Below are positions 7,156-13,278 of a stretch of DNA of 13,278 nucleotides, one piece after another. Positions within the stretch are counted from its first letter, which is position 1. Every line of letters begins with the position of its first letter. A program made the translations under genes and the position numbers. The stretch covers positions 1-13,278 of the forward strand of contig JBLIRO010000112.1 in the NCBI GenBank assembly GCA_049472335.1, in the 5' to 3' direction. This DNA comes from a bacterium (GTDB taxonomy: Bacteria; SZUA-182; DTGQ01; JAFGSM01). The notes under the pieces are model-generated. The model searched no databases. It saw nothing but the letters and a program-made list of their open reading frames with translations, and was not told the origin of the DNA.

Positions 7156-7960
7156 CCGGGTGTCTTTAAAGGATTTGGAGAACGATATTAAAGGGATATA
7201 TCTGTCTGCCCCTTCCAGTGCGGAAACATTAATCGAAGGATATCTCAATGAAAGATTTAAAGACCTGGCGCCGGATGAAAGATTATCAATCCTGGAAAGG
7301 CTTTCTTCACAATTTAATTATATTACTAGTGAGCATGTATCCGATAGATCAAAAGGTCCTGATATATCCAGCGCATCGAATACACACAACGCATCGAATA
7401 TATCCAACATATCAAGTCTCGATTCTGAGATGCTTGAAAAGCTGTATACACTATTATTAGGAGAAGGGGTTTCTGAAGCAGATTTTTCATCGGAAGAAAC
7501 AATGGAAAAATTAGCTGTTTCCTTAAACACCATTTTCAACAAATTAAATCAATTGGTAAAGATCATTCACACCACTCTTTTAGGTAAATCGCCTGAATTT
7601 GAAACCATAAGACACATTATTGGGGCCGAGTTGGAAGGTGAATCTCCTTCCATTTCACTCGAAAACTATCTTGATCAAATAAAAGAGGCCTTTTTATCAG
7701 CACATGAGGCATTTAAAAAAGCCGCTAATATCAAATTTCAGGAAATTCTCAATGAGCTCGATCCTGATCTTATTGCAGCTAAAGTTGAAAATGGATTAAA
7801 GTTCGGACCTTTTCGAAAAGCCGGGTATTTTGAAATGTACCGGGAAAGATTCCAAAAATTCAAAAAATGGTTTGAATCAGGACGGTTTAATGAGGCATTA
7901 TTGAGAGAATTTGAAAAGAATTGTCAAAAATTATATCTTGAAAAGAGGGGAAAAATATGA
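7148..7960 (+). CDS. T6SS-associated protein, 270 aa; C-terminal half resembles the TagH/Fha C-terminal domain, no FHA domain visible
   Basis: Sits directly upstream of tssJ (ATGA overlap), the usual fha/tagH position. AHEAFKKAA..FQEILNELDPDLIAAKV...RKAGYFEMYRERF...FNEALLREFEKNC follows the pattern I recall for TagH C-termini. The CDS is well supported; the homology is inferred by eye. Confidence 0.65.
   Translation: MNNRVSLKDLENDIKGIYLSAPSSAETLIEGYLNERFKDLAPDERLSILERLSSQFNYITSEHVSDRSKGPDISSASNTHNASNISNISSLDSEMLEKLYTLLLGEGVSEADFSSEETMEKLAVSLNTIFNKLNQLVKIIHTTLLGKSPEFETIRHIIGAELEGESPSISLENYLDQIKEAFLSAHEAFKKAANIKFQEILNELDPDLIAAKVENGLKFGPFRKAGYFEMYRERFQKFKKWFESGRFNEALLREFEKNCQKLYLEKRGKI
7361..7414 (+). 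repeat. Intragenic 18-bp (6-aa) degenerate tandem repeat x3
   Basis: gatatatccagcgcatcg / aatacacacaacgcatcg / aatatatccaacatatca, encoding DISSAS NTHNAS NISNIS. Confidence 0.65.
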
Positions 7961-8490
7961 GAAAGTATATTAATATACTGGTATGTTTATTTATTATATT
8001 ATTGATTTCTTCCTGCGCCACCACACAATCTGTTACTCCACCACCGCTATGGCAAGCAGAAAAGGGAGGTATTCAGCTTCGAATCGAGGCTGATCCCCAA
8101 TTACATCTCTATGATGGCAGTCCTCATACTCTGGTTGTGTGTGTTTATCAACTTACAGAACGTAATGTCTTCAACCAGTTTGCTAATGAAAGAGAGGGAC
8201 TCTTAAAGTTATTGGAATGTAACCGATTTGATTCCAGTGTGGCAACAAGTCCTCTTAGACTCAGCATCCATCCAGGTGAAAAAATAAGCGAATCTTTGGA
8301 TAGGGCTGAAAATGCAAAATATGTTGCTATTGTGGCCGGATATTATTCCTTACAGAAGGAGAATATAATTCGCCTGTTCGAGATTCCTGTTATTTTTGAG
8401 AAAAAAGGTTGGTTTTTTAGACGAAGTATAACATCAAGGCCGGGGCCATTAAATCTTTATATATATTTGGGTCCCCAGGGAATTAAATAA
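7957..8490 (+). CDS. tssJ: Type VI secretion lipoprotein TssJ
   Basis: Signal peptide with lipobox ISS-C20. Motifs IEADPQLH..DGSPHTLVVCVYQL, IHPGE and AKYVAIVAGYY. Immediately upstream of tssK. Confidence 0.92.
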   Translation: MRKYINILVCLFIILLISSCATTQSVTPPPLWQAEKGGIQLRIEADPQLHLYDGSPHTLVVCVYQLTERNVFNQFANEREGLLKLLECNRFDSSVATSPLRLSIHPGEKISESLDRAENAKYVAIVAGYYSLQKENIIRLFEIPVIFEKKGWFFRRSITSRPGPLNLYIYLGPQGIK

Positions 8491-8505
8491 TCGGAGGAGG
8501 AAATA

Positions 8506-9897
8506 GTGGATATTCAGAGACCTCTTTTCTGGCATCAGGGCCTTTTCTTGCAGCCCCAGCATCTGCAATTGTTCGATCTGTCTTTTCAATCCCTTTTATC
8601 CCCCTTTAATCATTTTTTACAGCCCCATTTCTGGGGCATAGGTCATCTGGAGATACAGGAAAGCGCACTGGGTAACAGGTCCTTTAATCTTATGAAAGGC
8701 GAGCTTTTATTTCCGGATGGAACCTATACGGTTTTTCCGGGTAACGCCATCATTGAAGGCAGATCCTTTGATCAGGCATGGGTGGAGGGCGGGAAACCCT
8801 TTACGGTTTATATCGGACTAAAAAAATGGAATTATTCGGACGAAAACGTAACCGTTCTTTCCCGGCTGGAGAATATCTCACAAACGACCACCAGATTCGT
8901 AACCCATACTGATCCTGAAGAGATTAAGGACCTGCATCAAGGGGGCCCCCCTGCTCAAGTAAAGAGGCTTTATCATGCCCTTAAGATATTCTGGGAAACA
9001 GAGATGGATAAGCTTGGGGATTATATCCTTATTCCCGCAGCACAACTTGTAAGGGTTGGTGAAGAAATAAAGCTTTCCGAGGATTTTATCCCTCCTTCCC
9101 TTACCATCTCCTGTTCACGTCCGCTCTTAAAAATTATCAAGGAAATCAGGGATCAAATCTCAGCCCGGAGCCACCAGCTTGAGGAATACAAACGCCAGAG
9201 GGGAATTCACACAGCCGAGTTCGGCTCCAGGGATATGGTCTTTCTTTTGGCGCTTAGGTCATTGAACCGGTATGTCCCGCTTCTTTTTCATTATACGGAG
9301 GCAATCAATATCCATCCCTGGATTGTATACGGAACATTACGACAGCTTATCGGAGAGCTTTCCACCTTTTCAGAAAGGATAAATGTCATGGGAGAATTAC
9401 AGGATGGCATGCCTCTTCTTCCCAATTATGACCAGCAAAATCTCTGGGAATGTTTTTCATCAGTTCAAAACCTGGTTACACAACTGATCGATGAGATTAC
9501 AGCAGGCCCTGAATATATTATCCGTCTTACCTATGACGGGACTTATTATACAGCAGATCTGAATCCGGCTGTATTCGAAGGCCGTAACCGTTTTTATCTT
9601 GTTCTGAAAACTGAAACGGACTCTAAAGCCGTAGTTCAATCCCTGACCACAATTGCTAAAATAAGCACCCGGGAAAATCTGCCTATCCTTATTGCGCGAG
9701 CCCTTCCCGGAATAAGGGTGGAGCATTTGCCTGTTCCACCCCAGGAATTGCCAAAGAGAGCCAATTGCGTCTACTTCCAGCTTGATCATCATAGTGACCA
9801 ATGGGGCTTAGTGGAAAAGGGACACAATATTGCCATATATTGGGACTTTGCTTCGGAAGACTTAGAGACCGAATTGATGGTTGTAGGGAGATCTTGA
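8506..9897 (+). CDS. tssK: Type VI secretion baseplate subunit TssK
   Basis: N-terminal LFWHQGLFLQPQHLQ, FWG, LFPDGT, FIPP, HPW.VY..LRQL.GEL.TF, ALPGI...HLPVPPQELP...YFQLD. 463 aa. GGAGGAGG RBS before the GTG start. Confidence 0.96.
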   Translation: MDIQRPLFWHQGLFLQPQHLQLFDLSFQSLLSPFNHFLQPHFWGIGHLEIQESALGNRSFNLMKGELLFPDGTYTVFPGNAIIEGRSFDQAWVEGGKPFTVYIGLKKWNYSDENVTVLSRLENISQTTTRFVTHTDPEEIKDLHQGGPPAQVKRLYHALKIFWETEMDKLGDYILIPAAQLVRVGEEIKLSEDFIPPSLTISCSRPLLKIIKEIRDQISARSHQLEEYKRQRGIHTAEFGSRDMVFLLALRSLNRYVPLLFHYTEAINIHPWIVYGTLRQLIGELSTFSERINVMGELQDGMPLLPNYDQQNLWECFSSVQNLVTQLIDEITAGPEYIIRLTYDGTYYTADLNPAVFEGRNRFYLVLKTETDSKAVVQSLTTIAKISTRENLPILIARALPGIRVEHLPVPPQELPKRANCVYFQLDHHSDQWGLVEKGHNIAIYWDFASEDLETELMVVGRS

Positions 9898-9898
9898 T

Positions 9899-10576
9899 AT
9901 GCGTTTAACTGATTGTTTTATTGAGCTTCTGGGATATGTTGCCTATTTCAAGAAGACAGCGGCTGTAAAGCGGCCACCCTACGCAAGGGTAAGGTCTGAT
10001 ATCCAGCGTCTATTATCCAAGAGTGAAGAATGCCTCAAAAAGAATCAGTTTTCCCAAAACGATTATGAAATGGGAAGATTTGCGGTCTGCGCATTGATTG
10101 ATGAGATAATACTCAACTCTTCCTGGCATGATAAGGATCAATGGCAAAGAGAGTTATTGCAGCGCGTTTATTATAACACTGCTGATGCCGGTGAGGAGTT
10201 TTTTAAAAGGCTTAATTCAATAGGTATTCATCAAAGAGAGGTGAGAGAGGTATATTATCTTTGTCTTGCCATGGGATTTATGGGACAATATGGCAATGAA
10301 AAAGACAAATATCTCCTTGAACAGGTAAAGGCATCCAATCTTAAGGTGCTTATGGGCAGCTCTGTAGGAATTCCCTCCTTTGAAAGGATGGACCTTTTTC
10401 CGGAGGCCTATCCTTCGGAAAATGATGAAATTGTTTTAAAAAAGAAAGGCATCCGTTTCTCTCCTTATACGATCATTTTCATTGCCGGACCTGTTGTGCT
10501 TTTTTTAACGTTATACATAATCTATGCCTTTATTTTGAATAACATAGGCAATACTTTTTTAAGCATGGTACCATAA
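9899..10576 (+). CDS. tssL: Type VI secretion protein TssL (DotU/IcmH family), no OmpA-like extension
   Basis: RFAVCALIDEIIL, W..ELLQ..YYNTADAGEEFF..L, EVYYLCLAMGFMGQY, and one C-terminal transmembrane helix. Confidence 0.96.
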   Translation: MRLTDCFIELLGYVAYFKKTAAVKRPPYARVRSDIQRLLSKSEECLKKNQFSQNDYEMGRFAVCALIDEIILNSSWHDKDQWQRELLQRVYYNTADAGEEFFKRLNSIGIHQREVREVYYLCLAMGFMGQYGNEKDKYLLEQVKASNLKVLMGSSVGIPSFERMDLFPEAYPSENDEIVLKKKGIRFSPYTIIFIAGPVVLFLTLYIIYAFILNNIGNTFLSMVP

Positions 10577-13278
10577 ATGAAAGACATTTTTTTAAAGGCC
10601 CTTAAAATCTTTTTAATTTTCTTGTTGATTGCACTGGCAGTCCTTTTAGTTTTCGGACTTGTCATATACCTGAAATGGCCTCCATGGATGGGTTTTTTTA
10701 TTTTGCTGGGTGTTATAGGGCTCGTAATTGCCCTTATCCTTCTCCGCAAAATATGGCTTAAAAGAAAAGAAAAACTCTTTGTTCAAACGATTATTGATCA
10801 GGATGAGGCCCATCTTAGAAGTCTTGCCCTGAAAGATAAGGATCAATTAAAACAATTACAGGACCGCTGGAAAGAATCCATAGAGACACTAAGGCATTCA
10901 AATCTCAGAAAGTACGGCAATCCTCTTTATGTGCTCCCATGGTATCTGGTTATAGGAGAAAGCGCGTCAGGCAAGACCACAGCTATAAAAAGCGCCCGTC
11001 TTTCTTCACCGTTTACAGAGGTTAACCAGATCTCGGGCATTTCCGGGACCAGAAACTGTGACTGGTGGTTTTTTGAACAGGCTGTAATTATTGATACCGC
11101 AGGGAGATATACCATCCCCATTGACCAGACCAAGGACAAGGAGGAATGGAAGAGATTTATCGGCCTTCTGGCGAAATACAGGAAAAGAGAGCCCCTTAAT
11201 GGATTGATTGTAACCATAGCGGCCAATAAGCTGATCGAGGCAGGACCTGAAGCCCTGGAAGAAGACGGCCGTATTGTCCGCCGCCGCATCAATGAGCTGA
11301 TAAGGGTCCTGGGAGTCAAACCTCCTATTTATATATTGATAACCAAATGCGATCTTATTCAGGGGATGACCCAATTCTGTGATCAACTACCGGACAAGGC
11401 CCTTGATCAGGCCATGGGTTTCATAAACCAGGACCAGTCAACGGATGTGGCCGGCTTCCTGACACGTTCAATCAATACACTTATTGACCGGCTGAGAAAT
11501 TTTCGGCTTATGCTCTTGCATAAATCAGAGGCCCCTTCTCCTGATCCGGGCCTTCTTCTGTTTCCTGAAGAACTCAAAAACATAGAAACCGGACTTAGCT
11601 CTTTCATCCAGGAGGCCTTTCAGGAAAATCCCTACCAGGAAACCCAGATCCTGCGGGGCATTTTCTTTAGCAGCGGACGTCAGGAAGGGAGTCCCTTTTC
11701 CCATTTTTTAAATGCCCTGGGACTTATCGAAGAAAAAGAGGTCCTTGCCGGGACCAATAAAGGCCTTTTTCTGCACGACTTTTTCGCAAGGATTATTCCA
11801 AGGGACAGGCATTTATTCGCTCCCACCCGGATAAACATCGAATGGAAACGGCTTACAAAAAATCTTGGTTTGACCTCCTGGGTGGCCATAGGCTTAGCCC
11901 TTTGTGGCCTTCTTAGTTTCGCGTTTGTTATGAATCTGAATACATTAAACGAGTTTTCCGAACGGTTCTCTAAACCACCCAAATTACAGGGTGAAATCTT
12001 TTCAGATGTGACTATTATGGACGACTACAGGAAAGAGATCCTTAAAATGGAGACCAGGAATAAGAACTGGTGGATTCCTAGATTTGGTTTATATGAAAGC
12101 AAAGAAATCGAATCAAAGGTCAGAAATGAATATGTTAAACAGTTTCAAGAGGGGCTTTTGAAACCCCTGAATAAGCAGATGGAAGAACAGATGGCCCAGA
12201 TGTCCAAAGCCACGCCCGGAAGTTTAATAGGTCTTTATGTATCTCATCTTACAAAACGAATCAACCTCCTGGGAAAATGCATGGAAACCCGGGATATTAA
12301 TACCCTTTTGACGGTGCCCCGGCCAAACTATGAGCCCTTTATCCTTGTAAGTGCCAGAGAAATGTTACCGGGCATCGATGACAAATTAGGCATTTTACAT
12401 CTTTATTATCTCATCTGGCATCCGGATCCAAAAGAAATAGAACGCGAGGCAGATCTAATTCAGCCATGGTTACAGCACATACTGGCCTCAAATGTTGCAG
12501 GCCTCCGGTGGCTGGTCCCCTGGGCTAATTCTCAGGAAAAACTCTCATACGTTACCCTCGATGATTTCTGGCAGGGAAGCTTACAGGTAGATGACGCGGG
12601 ATCGGTAGCTCCGGCTTATACCACAAAGGGAAAGAAGGCGATCGATTCTTTCATGACCGAGATAGAATCAGCCCTGCCCGGACCCGGGGCACCAACCATA
12701 GCAAAGCAAAAAATGGAATTTTATGATTGGTATCAGAAGGCCTATATGGACGCATGGTACCATTTTGGATCAATCTTTGATAAAGGCATTATAAAACTCA
12801 AGGGAAGACAGGAGTGGCAACAGGTGGCGGCAAAAATGCCAACCGACCAGGGGGCTTTCTTCGACCTTCTGGACAAAATGTCCATAGAGATGGAACCTTT
12901 AAATAATGAGGAATCCATGCCGTCATGGATGAAATTGCTTTATGATTTTCAGATTATTAAGGAAAAAGCGGCTGAGTTAAATGTCTCTGAGGATAAAGGA
13001 TTTATTGAAAAAGCCACACAGAAAGGCAAAGGACTGTTAAGGAAAGGAAAGGGACTCATAGATCCAAAGCGCATGAAATTAGAGGCTAAGGCCGCTAAGG
13101 CATATCTGGACTATATAAATGCATTGGAAAATATTGCCATGATATGCAAATCAAAGATATCGGCATACCAAACTGCCCAACAGGTTTATAAGGACCCTAT
13201 AGCAAACCAAACTCCCTTTCATAGTGCGAATCAAGCCATCTTTGATCTTAAAAGCACGCTTGGGACCGGCGGAAAAGA
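10577..13278 (+). CDS. tssM: Type VI secretion membrane complex protein TssM (IcmF/ImcF), 3'-truncated by the window edge (>900 aa)
   Basis: ATG directly after the tssL stop (TAAATG). Absent from the ORF track, consistent with no stop inside the window. Translation: two N-terminal TM helices (MKDIFLKALKIFLIFLLIALAVLL...), LYVLPWYLVIGESASGKTT (Walker A, 10955-10978), NCDWWFFEQAVIIDTAGRY, PLNGLIV, PIYILITKCDLIQG, LRGIFFSSGRQEG, LFLHDFF, and a third TM helix near 11865-11935. Confidence 0.96.
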   Translation, partial: MKDIFLKALKIFLIFLLIALAVLLVFGLVIYLKWPPWMGFFILLGVIGLVIALILLRKIWLKRKEKLFVQTIIDQDEAHLRSLALKDKDQLKQLQDRWKESIETLRHSNLRKYGNPLYVLPWYLVIGESASGKTTAIKSARLSSPFTEVNQISGISGTRNCDWWFFEQAVIIDTAGRYTIPIDQTKDKEEWKRFIGLLAKYRKREPLNGLIVTIAANKLIEAGPEALEEDGRIVRRRINELIRVLGVKPPIYILITKCDLIQGMTQFCDQLPDKALDQAMGFINQDQSTDVAGFLTRSINTLIDRLRNFRLMLLHKSEAPSPDPGLLLFPEELKNIETGLSSFIQEAFQENPYQETQILRGIFFSSGRQEGSPFSHFLNALGLIEEKEVLAGTNKGLFLHDFFARIIPRDRHLFAPTRINIEWKRLTKNLGLTSWVAIGLALCGLLSFAFVMNLNTLNEFSERFSKPPKLQGEIFSDVTIMDDYRKEILKMETRNKNWWIPRFGLYESKEIESKVRNEYVKQFQEGLLKPLNKQMEEQMAQMSKATPGSLIGLYVSHLTKRINLLGKCMETRDINTLLTVPRPNYEPFILVSAREMLPGIDDKLGILHLYYLIWHPDPKEIEREADLIQPWLQHILASNVAGLRWLVPWANSQEKLSYVTLDDFWQGSLQVDDAGSVAPAYTTKGKKAIDSFMTEIESALPGPGAPTIAKQKMEFYDWYQKAYMDAWYHFGSIFDKGIIKLKGRQEWQQVAAKMPTDQGAFFDLLDKMSIEMEPLNNEESMPSWMKLLYDFQIIKEKAAELNVSEDKGFIEKATQKGKGLLRKGKGLIDPKRMKLEAKAAKAYLDYINALENIAMICKSKISAYQTAQQVYKDPIANQTPFHSANQAIFDLKSTLGTGGK

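Noticed and set aside
10522..11982. Several minus-strand ORFs (66-130 aa), and similar short ORFs overlapping rhs, the transposase, the large protein and tssK
   Set aside because: All are shadows of well-supported + strand genes and have no recognisable motifs.

Overview
The window has three parts. (1) The 3' portion of an Rhs/YD-repeat polymorphic toxin gene (<1..1755). Its low-GC C-terminal tip looks like a permuted papain-fold (PPPDE/LRAT-like) cysteine hydrolase, and no immunity gene is visible after it. (2) An apparently intact ~1.95 kb insertion sequence (DDE transposase, IS1182/IS4-IS5-like, 18-bp perfect inverted ends), followed by a 318-bp non-coding element made of two palindromic 64-bp repeats. 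(3) The start of a tightly coupled type VI secretion operon: a large Cys-rich uncharacterised protein, a protein resembling the C-terminal domain of TagH/Fha but lacking an FHA domain, then tssJ, tssK, tssL and tssM, which runs off the window. Gene content and repeat style suggest a deltaproteobacterium (Desulfobacterota); this is inference. The most interesting items are the two-gene module occupying the usual fha/tagH position and the immunity-less papain-like Rhs toxin. All family calls come from motif recognition by eye, not database searches.
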